The notes below the pieces were generated by a model. That model had not been told where the DNA came from. It searched no databases and was given only the letters and a program-made list of their open reading frames with translations. A stretch of DNA of 64,000 nucleotides from Eubacteriales bacterium (GTDB lineage Bacteria; Bacillota; Clostridia; Oscillospirales; CAG-272): assembly GCA_045606265.1 (NCBI GenBank), contig JAZURO010000032.1, positions 4,430-68,429 on the forward strand, given 5' to 3'. Below are positions 1 to 9,757 of this stretch, in pieces. The position numbers and the translations under genes are program-made. Numbering within the stretch: position 1 is the stretch's first letter; each line of letters begins with the position of its first letter.

Positions 1-843
1 ATTGGTCGCGTTGGAAACCGTATATGCAAAGGTAAATTTACCCTTGACGGTGTCAATTACAATATGTTTATCAACAACGGTCCCAACCATCTTCACGGCG
101 GTAACGAAGGCTTTGATAAGAAAATCTGGCAAGTATTGTCTATTAATGACGGTATAGAGCCCTCTATCAAGCTTTTCTTACTTTCTAAGGATGGAGATGA
201 GGGTTATCCCGGAAATCTCTCTGTAACCGTAACATACACACTTGATAATTCCGGGGCACTTACAATCAGATATGAAGCAATTACCGATAAACGAACACTT
301 ATTAATCTAACCAATCATACATATTTTAATCTCGGAGGATATAACTCCGGTAAAATCTACGATCACGAGCTTTGGATCGATGCAGACACTTATTTGCCAA
401 CTGATGATACACTTATTCCGACGGGCGAAATAAAGAACGTTGAGGGCACTCCGTTCGATTTCAGAATACCAAAAAAGATTGGCAGAGATATTCATTTCCA
501 GGATAACGATCTTATCATTGCAGGGGGATATGATCATTGCTTGAATTTTGTAGGCGGAGAAACTAAACTCCCTAAGCTTCGTGCAAGAGCAATCCACAAG
601 GATACAGGAAGAATCATGGAAATGTATACAAATCAACCGTGTGTACAGTTTTATTCAGGTAATTTCTTAACAAACGAGAAGTTTCCCTTTAAGAACAATT
701 GTTCGCAGAACATTCAGATGGCTTTTTGTCTTGAAACGCAACACATGCCTGATTCTATAAATCACAACAATTTTACTAACGTAGTACTCAATCCCGAAGA
801 GAAATACGATTATACTACAATTTATAAGTTTTATTCAAAATAA
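1..843 (+). CDS. galM: aldose 1-epimerase (galactose mutarotase), N-terminus cut by window edge
   Basis: Frame is open from base 1 (IGRVGNRICKGKFTLDGVNYNMFINNGPNHLHGG...), so the ATG at 64 is internal. The NHLHGG, DHCLNF and FCLETQHMPDS segments fit the aldose-1-epimerase family. Confidence 0.85.
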   Translation: MGRVGNRICKGKFTLDGVNYNMFINNGPNHLHGGNEGFDKKIWQVLSINDGIEPSIKLFLLSKDGDEGYPGNLSVTVTYTLDNSGALTIRYEAITDKRTLINLTNHTYFNLGGYNSGKIYDHELWIDADTYLPTDDTLIPTGEIKNVEGTPFDFRIPKKIGRDIHFQDNDLIIAGGYDHCLNFVGGETKLPKLRARAIHKDTGRIMEMYTNQPCVQFYSGNFLTNEKFPFKNNCSQNIQMAFCLETQHMPDSINHNNFTNVVLNPEEKYDYTTIYKFYSK

Positions 844-845
844 AT

Positions 846-876
846 AAAAGCTGAATGCCAATGCATTCAGCTTTTT
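846..876. terminator. bidirectional intrinsic terminator between convergent genes
   Basis: Stem agctgaatgc/gcattcagct (10 bp, loop caat), flanked by an A-run on the left and a T-run on the right. Confidence 0.7.
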
Positions 877-877
877 A

Positions 878-1651
878 TTATCTATTCTGTCTGAAAACCT
901 CAAAAGCAAGCACAGTGGCTGCTGATGAAGCAGTCAGGGAGCCCTTGAAGGTTTTGCCATAATCAACTCTGACAATCATATCGGATTTTGCCAAAACCTC
1001 AGCAGAAATTCCACGTTTTTCACCACCTACTATAAGTAAAAGCGGCTTTTTAAGCTCTGCATCATAGAGGGATACAGAATCACGAATTCCTGCAGAAACT
1101 ATCTTATATCCCTTAGACTTAAAAATTTCTATAGCAGATATAATATCACACTCAAAGATGTCAATAAGCTCAGAAGTACCGGCAGAGCCCTTACATATAA
1201 GCCCCTCAGCATTGTTGAAACGATAAGAAGGCACAATAATACCGTCAGCACCGGCAGCATAGACTGATCTTACAGCATATGCAAAGTTGAACGGATCTTC
1301 AATACCGTCAAGAATCACATAAAATCCATTATCGAAAATTTGTTCGTTTTTGGTTAAAACAGGAATATCAATCTTGGAACAAATAGCAATAATACCACCG
1401 TGAGTTTTTCCATTAGACAATTCATCAATAAGGGTGTGAGAAGCACCAACTATCTGAAAGCCAAGCTCACGAGATTTAATCTCCAAAAACTTCAATTCAT
1501 TATACTTGCTTTTTTTCTTGGACTCATTATAAATAATATGAGTAATTTTTCGTGTAGAATTATTGGATTGAATTGAAGAAATAACAGCGCTTATGCTGGT
1601 CATACCTTCAAAAATATCAAAGTTATCTTTATCATAAATAAAATTTTGCAT
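878..1651 (-). CDS. TrmH/SpoU-family RNA 2'-O-methyltransferase (RlmB-like)
   Basis: C-terminal LLLIVGGEKRGIS...VRVDY and GSLTASSAATVLAFE SpoU-methylase motifs. The ORF-track ATG at 1660 abuts the AAAGG Shine-Dalgarno with no spacer, so the fourth-codon ATG (1651, 9-nt spacing) is preferred. Confidence 0.8.
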   Translation of the reverse strand: MQNFIYDKDNFDIFEGMTSISAVISSIQSNNSTRKITHIIYNESKKKSKYNELKFLEIKSRELGFQIVGASHTLIDELSNGKTHGGIIAICSKIDIPVLTKNEQIFDNGFYVILDGIEDPFNFAYAVRSVYAAGADGIIVPSYRFNNAEGLICKGSAGTSELIDIFECDIISAIEIFKSKGYKIVSAGIRDSVSLYDAELKKPLLLIVGGEKRGISAEVLAKSDMIVRVDYGKTFKGSLTASSAATVLAFEVFRQNR

Positions 1652-1726
1652 ACAATACATCCTTTATAATAATTAAGAAATAAAATGCATAGAATTAATC
1701 AGTATAATTAATAGTGAGGAAATTTT

Positions 1727-1993
1727 ATGTATATCTCATCAAATAAGGAACGCTGTGTAATAATAGCATCATATATGCTTGAAAACGAATCGACTGTAAG
1801 AGCAGTAGCAAAAAAATTTGGAATCAGCAAAAGTACAGTACATAAAGATGTTACACGAATCTTAAAAAAAATTCATCCGGAATTACATAAAAAAATCCAG
1901 GAATTATTGAAAAAAAATAAACAGGAACGACACTTAAGAGGCGGAGAAGCTACCAAACAAAAATTTCTTAAAGAAAAACTTAAAAAGAAATAA
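1727..1993 (+). CDS. spoIIID: stage III sporulation transcriptional regulator SpoIIID
   Basis: 88 aa; the helix-turn-helix segment TVRAVAKKFGISKSTVHKDVT and the basic tail ERHLRGGEATKQKF match SpoIIID. GAGGA lies 7 nt upstream of the ATG. Confidence 0.9.
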   Translation: MYISSNKERCVIIASYMLENESTVRAVAKKFGISKSTVHKDVTRILKKIHPELHKKIQELLKKNKQERHLRGGEATKQKFLKEKLKKK

Positions 1994-2035
1994 ATGGCCA
2001 CCAATACATCTTAAAACCATATCAAAGATCATAAT

Positions 2036-2058
2036 AAGGCATCTTGTATGCCTTTTTT
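2036..2058 (+). terminator. intrinsic terminator after spoIIID
   Basis: aaggcat-cttgt-atgcctt hairpin followed by TTTTTT. Confidence 0.7.
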
Positions 2059-2066
2059 GCTTCCCT

Positions 2067-2098
2067 CAATTATACAAAATTTGCATTTTGTATAATTG
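2067..2098. repeat. perfect 14-bp inverted repeat with 4-nt spacer
   Basis: caattatacaaaat-ttgc-attttgtataattg. The arms are exact reverse complements. It lies in the convergent spoIIID/ispE gap with no adjoining U-tract on either strand. Confidence 0.8.
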
Positions 2099-2139
2099 CC
2101 TCATATGTGGATAGTACATTGATGTTCCCCTCCGACGAC

Positions 2140-3060
2140 TTATATCCAAAGTCGCATTCCAGGTACCATTTCCTCGTATTCATAATTAATTGGCATACAC
2201 ACATAGGATTTTATACCATACGCAGCCAATTCTTCCTGTGCATCCTCTGCGTAGTATCTGCTGGGAAATATTCCAAGAACAGACGGTCCACTTCCGCACA
2301 GGATCGAAGCCTTCACTTCATTATTTTTCATAATTGATTTGATCAATTTTATATTTTCATCGTTTTCATATAAATCTTCAAAAATATTAAACATCAGCGG
2401 AAATGCTTCACTACATCTACCTACGCTAAATGCTCCAAACAAATCACCGTAGTTCTTTCCATACACGTAATTCTCAAAGTTATTGTATTTTTCATCTAAT
2501 TTTCTATATTGAACTGCGGTAGATTCCTTTGTACCACCACAAGCTATAAGTAAATTGTAGGATCTTATTCCGTTCATTGAAAATGTTACGTCTCCCTTGT
2601 TCCTGCAAACCTGTGTTCCACCAACTATGCAAAACGGAATGTCAGAACCTACTTCCATACCTATATCACATAATTCTTTTAATGTGAACGGCTTTCCATA
2701 CAGGAAATTAAGACCTCTCAGTACGGCTGCTGCATCAGCACTGCCGCCAGCCAATCCGGCTGCCATTGGTATATTCTTTTTTATCACTATATCAGCGCTG
2801 CCTTTGGGAACAAAATAAAGATGTTCATAGAACTTTTGAGCTGCGATATATGCGATATTCTTTTCTTGAGGAATATCTATATCCGAATTTTCAATCTTTA
2901 CAGAAAGAACGTTAGTCATATTAAGACTTACTTCGACCTCATCATATAAATCAACAATTTGCATAATTGTCAGTATATCGTGAAAGCCATCCTCCCTTTT
3001 ATTCATTATATCCAGATATAGATTAACTTTAGCAAAAGCTTTTTCTTTGACAAAGAACAT
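2140..3060 (-). CDS. ispE: 4-diphosphocytidyl-2-C-methyl-D-erythritol kinase
   Basis: AKVNLYLDI...REDGFHDI and GHMP-kinase motif IPMAAGLAGGSADAAAVL. The ATG at 3060 has GGAGAG 5 nt upstream, whereas the ORF-track start at 3072 is a TTG. Confidence 0.9.
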   Translation of the reverse strand: MFFVKEKAFAKVNLYLDIMNKREDGFHDILTIMQIVDLYDEVEVSLNMTNVLSVKIENSDIDIPQEKNIAYIAAQKFYEHLYFVPKGSADIVIKKNIPMAAGLAGGSADAAAVLRGLNFLYGKPFTLKELCDIGMEVGSDIPFCIVGGTQVCRNKGDVTFSMNGIRSYNLLIACGGTKESTAVQYRKLDEKYNNFENYVYGKNYGDLFGAFSVGRCSEAFPLMFNIFEDLYENDENIKLIKSIMKNNEVKASILCGSGPSVLGIFPSRYYAEDAQEELAAYGIKSYVCMPINYEYEEMVPGMRLWI

Positions 3061-3140
3061 ATTTCTCTCCAAACTATATTAATATATATAATAATAACAT
3101 ATTTTTTATGATTTTTCAATAGAAACAATGCAATATCCTC

Positions 3141-3169
3141 TTGACTTGTTGAGAATTTTTATTTATAAT
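3141..3169 (+). promoter_or_regulatory. sigma-A type promoter (TTGACT-17-TATAAT)
   Basis: ttgact at 3141-3146, 17-nt spacer, tataat at 3164-3169, about 45 nt upstream of the AI-2E transporter ATG. Confidence 0.6.
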
Positions 3170-3212
3170 ATAAGATAGTGCATTGTTTAGATTTGAAAGA
3201 AAGGAGATTATT

Positions 3213-4532
3213 ATGAACAATCAATCTTCTGCAAATAAAAAAATTATTGGTACTGTTATTATTTCTGTAGTTGCTGTATTAGCCTTGTTTCTGTTTATTT
3301 TTGGAATAATAAATGGCACAATACCGGAGTTTTTGAATAATTTATGGCAGATTGTTGCACCAATTACAACCGGATTTGTTATAGCATATTTATCCAATAG
3401 AATCGTAACTTTTTTTGAGAAAAAAGTTTTCAAATGGATTTCAAATTTCAAGGTAAGAAGATTTATATCTATATTAATCACATTTATATGCATTCTTTTG
3501 TTTATATCTTTGATATTGGTAATTCTGATTCCAAGCTTAATCAATACTTTAGCTTCGTTCTGGAATACTTATATTGTAAACTATGAGGATGCCATCAAAG
3601 GATGGGTACATTCTTTGAATGATACTATGAGTAGATTCTCTTTCCTTAATTCGGTTAAGCGTTTGAATCCCGAATCTGTGATATCTTGGATAAAATCGAC
3701 TCTCCCTTGGATCGATGACGTTGCCGATGGTGACATAATGTCTATATTACCCAACGTATCTGATTCAATAACACACAACATATCCGTTATTTTGGAATTC
3801 GGTCTTTCCTTTGGTACCTCAGTGGTTACTTTTATAAAGAATTTCGTGCTTGGTATATTTATTGCTTTCTATATGCTAATGGCAAAAGAAAAATGCAAAG
3901 CGTATATAAGAAGACTCTTAAACAGTTTTCTCTCTCCCAAAAATGTTCGGTCAGTTGTACGTTTTGGAAAGCTGGTGGATAGATCGTTCGGCGGATTTAT
4001 TGAAGGTCAGCTACTTGATGCAATAGTGGTAGGAATTATATCTTTTATAGTATTCTTGATTTTTGGTATTCCTGTTCCACATCTTTTAGCTACTATCATA
4101 GCTGTTACAAATGTAATACCAATTTTCGGTCCGTTTATCGGTGGTATTCCTGCAGCATTTATCGTGTTATTGGCAGCTCCTGAAAAAACAATTTTATTTG
4201 TATTACTGTTATTTGTAATTCAGCAAATCGATGGAAACATTATTTGTCCACACATTATAGGAGACAAGATAAATATCAGCTCTCTTGCTACCATCATAGC
4301 AATAATAACAATGGGTGGATTGTACGGTATATTAGGTATGATAATAGGCGTTCCGATTTTCGCAGTTGTTATTCATATTATTAACACATACACTATGAAC
4401 GCCTTGCGTAAAAAAGGTCTTAAAACTTCTTTGAAGGATTATTATGTAGGTAGTCCCGATAAAATAGAAAGCACCAAATCAAATAAGAAAAAAGACAATC
4501 AAAATAATAACAATAATAAAGAGGAAAAATAA
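3213..4532 (+). CDS. AI-2E family (PerM/YtvI-like) integral membrane transporter
   Basis: Multi-TM protein with the family-typical C-terminal half (GQLLDAIVVGI..., NVIPIFGPFIGGIPA, QQIDGNIICPHIIGDKI). The ATG at 3213 is preceded by AAAGGAG. Confidence 0.85.
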   Translation: MNNQSSANKKIIGTVIISVVAVLALFLFIFGIINGTIPEFLNNLWQIVAPITTGFVIAYLSNRIVTFFEKKVFKWISNFKVRRFISILITFICILLFISLILVILIPSLINTLASFWNTYIVNYEDAIKGWVHSLNDTMSRFSFLNSVKRLNPESVISWIKSTLPWIDDVADGDIMSILPNVSDSITHNISVILEFGLSFGTSVVTFIKNFVLGIFIAFYMLMAKEKCKAYIRRLLNSFLSPKNVRSVVRFGKLVDRSFGGFIEGQLLDAIVVGIISFIVFLIFGIPVPHLLATIIAVTNVIPIFGPFIGGIPAAFIVLLAAPEKTILFVLLLFVIQQIDGNIICPHIIGDKINISSLATIIAIITMGGLYGILGMIIGVPIFAVVIHIINTYTMNALRKKGLKTSLKDYYVGSPDKIESTKSNKKKDNQNNNNNKEEK

Positions 4533-4533
4533 A

Positions 4534-4788
4534 ATGGCAAACATATCTTATACAACAAAGGGTACCTGTTCAAGACAAATTGATATAGTACTTGATGATA
4601 ACGGAATTATCACAGAAGTAAGATTTACCGGTGGTTGCTCCGGTAACACTCAGGGTGTTTCAGCTCTTGTAGTTGGTATGCATATTGACGAGGCAATCAA
4701 AAGACTTGAAGGCATAAAATGCGGTCCCAGATCTACTTCCTGTCCCGATCAGTTGGCAACAGCTCTTAAAAACTACAAAAATCAGTAA
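4534..4788 (+). CDS. TSCPD-domain small protein (TIGR03905-like)
   Basis: 84 aa with FTGGCSGNTQG and RSTSCPDQLA (TSCPD motif). Starts 1 nt after the preceding stop codon. Confidence 0.8.
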   Translation: MANISYTTKGTCSRQIDIVLDDNGIITEVRFTGGCSGNTQGVSALVVGMHIDEAIKRLEGIKCGPRSTSCPDQLATALKNYKNQ

Positions 4789-4815
4789 TTACATTATAAA
4801 TCGAAAGGATATATC

Positions 4816-6540
4816 ATGGAATTATACACAAAAGAATATGAAAAATGGTTGAACTCTTCCCTGCTTTCAGAAGATGAAAAAATGGAGCTTTCAGAAATTG
4901 CAAATGATGAAAAAGAAATAAAAGAGCGCTTTTATTCATCTTTGGAATTTGGTACCGCAGGTCTCAGAGGCAAAATGCGCCTTGGTACAAATGCAATGAA
5001 CCGTTTTACGGTTGCACAGGCAACACAGGGCCTCGCTAATTTGATTATCAAAGAGGGGCGTTCCAAAGACGGTGTTGCTATTGCATACGATTCAAGAAAT
5101 AATTCTGAATTATTTGCTAAGGTATCTGCTACCGTTTTGGCAGCAAACGGAATCAAGGCATATATATTTGATGAATTGCGTCCAACACCCGAGCTTTCCT
5201 TCGCTTTACGTGAATTGAAATGCGTTGCAGGTATAAATATAACCGCTTCTCACAATCCAAAGGAATACAACGGATATAAAGCATATTGGGAGGACGGTGC
5301 TCAACTACCGCCGGAACACGCTAAAACAGTGTCCGCAGAAATAGATAAAATCGATATTTTTTCTGATATTAAGTACGTTGATTTTGACAAATCTGTTGAG
5401 AACGGTAGCATCGTATTTCTTGATCAGGATATGGATGAAAAATACCTCTCCGCTGTAATGCAGCAGTTAGTTAATCCCGATGCAATAACCAAAGTTGCTG
5501 ATGACCTTAAAATTGTATATTCACCACTTCACGGAACCGGCTATAGATTGATTCCTGATATTCTTTCTCGTTGCGGAGTTGAACATCTTTACGTAGTTCC
5601 TGAACAGATGGAAATTGACGGAAACTTTCCCACTGTTGAAAAACCCAATCCTGAGTATTCAGAAGTATTCGAATTAGGTGTTGAAATAGCAAATAACGTT
5701 GGAAGCACGCTTGTTATCGCTACCGACCCCGATGCTGACCGTGTAGGAGTTGTAACCAAAAACAATAACGGTGAATTCGTTACTATTTCCGGCAATCAGA
5801 TGGGTGCGTTGCTTATTGATTATATCATCACTGCATATGAAGAAACAGGAACAATGCCCAACAATCCATACGCAGTTAAAACAATTGTTTCCACCGAGCT
5901 CGTTGCAAAGATTTGTAAAGCCCATAATGTTAAACTACACAATGTCCTTACAGGATTTAAGTTCATTGGTGAGGTGATTAAGAATTACGAGCAATCCGGT
6001 GCTGATGCTGCATATCTTTTCGGATTTGAAGAAAGCTACGGATATCTTAAAGGTACTTACGCAAGAGATAAGGATGCCGTTGTTGCAACTATGCTCATAT
6101 GCGAAATGAATGCCTTTTATCACGCTAAAGGTATGACTCTTTTTGATGCCCTGAATGCATTGTATGAAAAATACGGGTATTATCTTGAAGCTAACCAAGA
6201 AATCTATATGCAAGGTATTGACGGCAAAGAGAAGATGGCAAAATTGATGGATACACTCAGAAACAATGCTCCGGAATCAATCGCCAACAACAAAATAATT
6301 GAAGTTGGTGATTACCTTAAAGCTACAATCACCAATAAGCTTACTGGCGAGACAGCATCTACCAATCTTCCCTCTTCAAATGTAGTTTCATTCAAAATGG
6401 AAAATGATGACGTTATAATTGCTCGTCCTTCAGGTACCGAACCCAAGATTAAATTCTATTATTTGCTTTCAGGTGAAAGCAAGGATGAAATGAATTCAAA
6501 GCTTGAAGCTTACAAATCATTTATTAATCAATTTGTATAA
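4816..6540 (+). CDS. phosphoglucomutase/phosphomannomutase (alpha-D-phosphohexomutase)
   Basis: Active-site TASHNPKEYNGYK, metal loop ATDPDADRVGV, sugar loop GFEESYGY and phosphate loop RPSGTEPKIK. Confidence 0.9.
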   Translation: MELYTKEYEKWLNSSLLSEDEKMELSEIANDEKEIKERFYSSLEFGTAGLRGKMRLGTNAMNRFTVAQATQGLANLIIKEGRSKDGVAIAYDSRNNSELFAKVSATVLAANGIKAYIFDELRPTPELSFALRELKCVAGINITASHNPKEYNGYKAYWEDGAQLPPEHAKTVSAEIDKIDIFSDIKYVDFDKSVENGSIVFLDQDMDEKYLSAVMQQLVNPDAITKVADDLKIVYSPLHGTGYRLIPDILSRCGVEHLYVVPEQMEIDGNFPTVEKPNPEYSEVFELGVEIANNVGSTLVIATDPDADRVGVVTKNNNGEFVTISGNQMGALLIDYIITAYEETGTMPNNPYAVKTIVSTELVAKICKAHNVKLHNVLTGFKFIGEVIKNYEQSGADAAYLFGFEESYGYLKGTYARDKDAVVATMLICEMNAFYHAKGMTLFDALNALYEKYGYYLEANQEIYMQGIDGKEKMAKLMDTLRNNAPESIANNKIIEVGDYLKATITNKLTGETASTNLPSSNVVSFKMENDDVIIARPSGTEPKIKFYYLLSGESKDEMNSKLEAYKSFINQFV

Positions 6541-6547
6541 ATAAATT

Positions 6548-6575
6548 ACTCCGTAGTATTACTACGGAGTTTTTT
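6548..6575. terminator. bidirectional intrinsic terminator
   Basis: actccgtag...ctacggagt stem followed by TTTTT. It sits between the convergent pgm and dpaB genes. Confidence 0.7.
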
Positions 6576-7137
6576 ATATAAATATCCTTGTTACTTGTTT
6601 TCCGATTAATGCCTCATCTAATGTATCTTCAATTCGTTCAAAATCTGCTACCAATGAATGAGGTTTGTTTATTGGGTCATCTTGAATCATGGGTGTAAAA
6701 TATACATTTTTGCGTGATAACAAAGTCCCTATATTCCGTAGATTTGCAGATAAAGCATCATTAGTAGCCAATGCTATGATGAGTGGGCTATTATTTCTGA
6801 GATGCGCCTTTGCAGCCATACAAACGGGTGTATCAGTAATACCGTTTGCAATTTTAGACAATGTATTTCCTGTACAGGGAGAAATTATCAGAGCATCTAA
6901 TTTTATTTTTGGCCCAAGCGGTTCGGCATCAACAATAGAATGAATAATAGTCTTATCACATATTTTTGATATTCTGTTTCTTATAGTTGATGCCTCTCCA
7001 AATCGTGTGTTCGTATTGTATGCATTTTCACTCATTATCGGCAATACTTCCATCCCATTATTAACAAGTCTCTCCATAATATCTATTGATTTTGAGATAG
7101 TACAAAAAGACCCCGTATAAGCAAAACCTATCCTCAT
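6574..7137 (-). CDS. dpaB: dipicolinate synthase subunit B (flavoprotein)
   Basis: 187 aa; FAYTGSFCT..., NTRFGE and ISPCTGNTLSKIANGITD match SpoVFB/DpaB. 4-nt overlap with the upstream subunit A gene. Confidence 0.9.
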   Translation of the reverse strand: MRIGFAYTGSFCTISKSIDIMERLVNNGMEVLPIMSENAYNTNTRFGEASTIRNRISKICDKTIIHSIVDAEPLGPKIKLDALIISPCTGNTLSKIANGITDTPVCMAAKAHLRNNSPLIIALATNDALSANLRNIGTLLSRKNVYFTPMIQDDPINKPHSLVADFERIEDTLDEALIGKQVTRIFI

Positions 7138-7982
7138 TCAGTCCTCCTAATTTGCAAATGATTCAGTATAGTTTTTCCTATTATTTCTCCCGCACTTTCC
7201 GGTGCGTATCTGCCCGGTATTCCCAATTCTCGACAATATTTCAATTGATATTTTTTCACAAGATGCTCATCAATGCCAAACGGATGAGATGCCAAATCTA
7301 TGATCGCTGTATCAGGATATATATTTTTAGCGAACTCATCATCCATTACCCAAAACGGAATTGTATTGAACAATAAATCGTATTTGTTGTTGACGAGATT
7401 CAAATTGCTCTCATTGCCCGAAATTTTGATTTTAACGCCATTGAATCCTATAAGCTTACTCCAAGTAAAGTCTGAATCCTTTCTTGCGCAAACTGTAATT
7501 TTGGCGCCCTGTGAATGCAGTAAATACGCAAGTATCTTGCCAATGCGTCCAAATCCAAGTATCGCTATTTCTGATCCGTGAATACTTCTATTCATTCTTT
7601 GCTTGGCATAATATATTGCACCCTCTGCAGTCAAAAGAGCATTTTGAATTTGAAAAGACTCGATATCAAAATAATCAATATACTCTTTATTTTGTGCATC
7701 TAAATAGTCTCTCAACGAATGATAAAACTGACCTCCAAATATTGTAGTATGGTCATTTATCATTGCAATCAAGTCTGAAATTTTGATTAAACTATTATTA
7801 ATGTGCTTTTTATCCTTTGATATGGGAATTGGCAAAACAACAATAGATGCATTTTGTATTGAACATATAGTTTTTTCATCAAAATTTATGTCAGAGCAAA
7901 ACTCAGAATCAATCCCATTCATTTTCAGATATTCACACGCATAATGCTGTCTTAAATCTCCTCCTAAGAACATTGCTTTCAT
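7134..7982 (-). CDS. dpaA: dipicolinate synthase subunit A
   Basis: Rossmann motif ILGFGRIGKILAYLL...KITVCARK, with the length and gene pairing expected of DpaA/SpoVFA. Confidence 0.85.
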   Translation of the reverse strand: MKAMFLGGDLRQHYACEYLKMNGIDSEFCSDINFDEKTICSIQNASIVVLPIPISKDKKHINNSLIKISDLIAMINDHTTIFGGQFYHSLRDYLDAQNKEYIDYFDIESFQIQNALLTAEGAIYYAKQRMNRSIHGSEIAILGFGRIGKILAYLLHSQGAKITVCARKDSDFTWSKLIGFNGVKIKISGNESNLNLVNNKYDLLFNTIPFWVMDDEFAKNIYPDTAIIDLASHPFGIDEHLVKKYQLKYCRELGIPGRYAPESAGEIIGKTILNHLQIRRTE

Positions 7983-8033
7983 ATTTGACCTCCTTACTTT
8001 TACTATGAGTATATTTACAAATCAAAATAATGT

Positions 8034-8070
8034 TACAAAAAAACACGCTCAGCAAAAGCTGAACGTGTTT
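8034..8070 (-). terminator. intrinsic terminator ending the pilus operon
   Basis: On the minus strand: aaacacgttcagc-tttt-gctgagcgtgttt (one G-U pair) followed by TTTTTTT, 14 nt after the pilB stop. Confidence 0.75.
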
Positions 8071-8083
8071 CTGTTTTAATATT

Positions 8084-9745
8084 TTACTTAACTATATCAA
8101 CGAGCTGATCGTATTCTTCAAGACTTGTTTCACCGTTCAAAACACGTTCTCGAGTATGTGTCAAAACGGTTGTCATATCTCTCTCAACAACAGCCGCTAC
8201 CTTTTCACTGGTAAATCCGTCAGACATAATTATTTCTTTTATTTCCTCATTCAAAACCATAATTTCAAACACACCAACTCTACCAAGATATCCTGTGTTG
8301 TTGCAATACAAGCATCCAACGGGTTCATAAATCTCCGCAGGCTCACTCAAATTCAACAATGCCATTTCAGTATGCGTAGTCGTTTTGAGAGCCTTACATT
8401 TTGGACAAAGCTTTCTTACAAGTCGCTGAGAAATTGCACCAAGCAAAGAGTCGGCTACAAGGTATTTGGGAATACCCATATTAATAAGTCTGGTAACAAC
8501 ACCGGCCGCATCATTGGTGTGAATTGATGAAAGAACCAGGTGTCCTGTAATAGCAGCTCTTGTTGCAATTTGAGCAGTTTCTTCGTCACGAATCTCACCA
8601 ATCATTATAATATTGGGGTCCTGACGCAAAAAGCTTCTTAATGCGGCAGCAAAGGTCAAATTAGCCTTAGGGTTTACTTGAACCTGATTTATTCCAACAA
8701 TTTCGTTTTCGACGGGGTCCTCAACCGTCATAATGTTCGTATCTTCTTTGGACAAATATCTGAGGAAGGTATAAAGCGTTGTAGATTTACCGCTTCCCGT
8801 AGGTCCTGTAAGCAAAATAATACCGTGAGGTCTGGTAATCATACCTAAAATCAGTTCTTTTTGTTTGTCGGAAAATCCTAATGAAGATATGTCACTTGAA
8901 GTGAAGGAACGGCTGTAAATACGAATAACTATTTTTTCACCGTGGATAGTAGGGATTGTTGATACACGGAAGTCATAGTTATTCTTCTCTATTTCAAGAC
9001 TTATCTTACCGTCCTGAGGCACACGTCTTTCAGCTATATTAAGCTCTGACATAATCTTAAATCTTGCAAGAATCGCAGGATATATCTGGGGAGAAAGCTC
9101 ATCAATCTTTTGAAGCTTACCGTCAACTCTGAAACGAATAAAGATGGATTTTGCAAAAGGCTCAATATGAATATCACTGGCGCCACGTGTTATTGCATCT
9201 ATAAGAATAGAGTCACAAAGCTTAATAACAGGTGCATCTATTTGCGAATCTGAATCTGCATCATCCTTCAACGGGTCATTCTTAATATATTCGCTCATTA
9301 CAGCATTCTGCTGAATTTTGTTGTTTGCGAAATCAAGAATTCTCTTAGTCTGAGAAGGAGTACAAATAACAAATCTTAACTTCTTTCCACCGAAAGACAG
9401 CAATTCTCTGAACTCCTCAATTCTGAAAGGATTGGAGCCCAAAACAGTCAATTCGTCATCCTTAAGCTCATAAGGAACACCCTGATATTCAATCAGCAAA
9501 TCGCGGGGATACTGCTTAACAAATTCAAGATCAATTTCAGAAAGCTGATAAAATCTATACTCATACCCAAGATAATCAGCCAGTACTTGATATATTTTTT
9601 CTTCTTCCAATACCTGATCATCTGCAAGTCTTACATACATTGGAGTATTAAGCTCGTCGGCTATCTGACAGTAATCATTAGCAGTCTCAGCATCAATAAT
9701 AGAATTATCGATAAGATATTGTGAAAAAAGCTTATTAAATATCAT
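8084..9745 (-). CDS. pilB: type IV pilus/T2SS assembly ATPase (GspE/PilB family)
   Basis: Walker A GPTGSGKST, Asp box, Walker B IMIGEIRD, His box and tetracysteine CPKC...CLYC, plus an N-terminal T2SSE_N-like domain. Confidence 0.9.
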   Translation of the reverse strand: MIFNKLFSQYLIDNSIIDAETANDYCQIADELNTPMYVRLADDQVLEEEKIYQVLADYLGYEYRFYQLSEIDLEFVKQYPRDLLIEYQGVPYELKDDELTVLGSNPFRIEEFRELLSFGGKKLRFVICTPSQTKRILDFANNKIQQNAVMSEYIKNDPLKDDADSDSQIDAPVIKLCDSILIDAITRGASDIHIEPFAKSIFIRFRVDGKLQKIDELSPQIYPAILARFKIMSELNIAERRVPQDGKISLEIEKNNYDFRVSTIPTIHGEKIVIRIYSRSFTSSDISSLGFSDKQKELILGMITRPHGIILLTGPTGSGKSTTLYTFLRYLSKEDTNIMTVEDPVENEIVGINQVQVNPKANLTFAAALRSFLRQDPNIIMIGEIRDEETAQIATRAAITGHLVLSSIHTNDAAGVVTRLINMGIPKYLVADSLLGAISQRLVRKLCPKCKALKTTTHTEMALLNLSEPAEIYEPVGCLYCNNTGYLGRVGVFEIMVLNEEIKEIIMSDGFTSEKVAAVVERDMTTVLTHTRERVLNGETSLEEYDQLVDIVK

Positions 9746-9757
9746 ATGCCAACCTCC

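Noticed and set aside
1664-1695. Sigma-E-like promoter (ATA-16-CATAGAAT) upstream of spoIIID
   Set aside because: It is plausible biologically, but such matches arise easily by chance in this AT-rich spacer, and a sigma-A-like TATAAT is also present at 1703-1708. These cannot be told apart by eye.
2044-2337. 97-aa plus-strand ORF spanning the spoIIID/ispE gap
   Set aside because: It begins inside the terminator/palindrome region, overlaps the 3' end of ispE antisense, and has no RBS.
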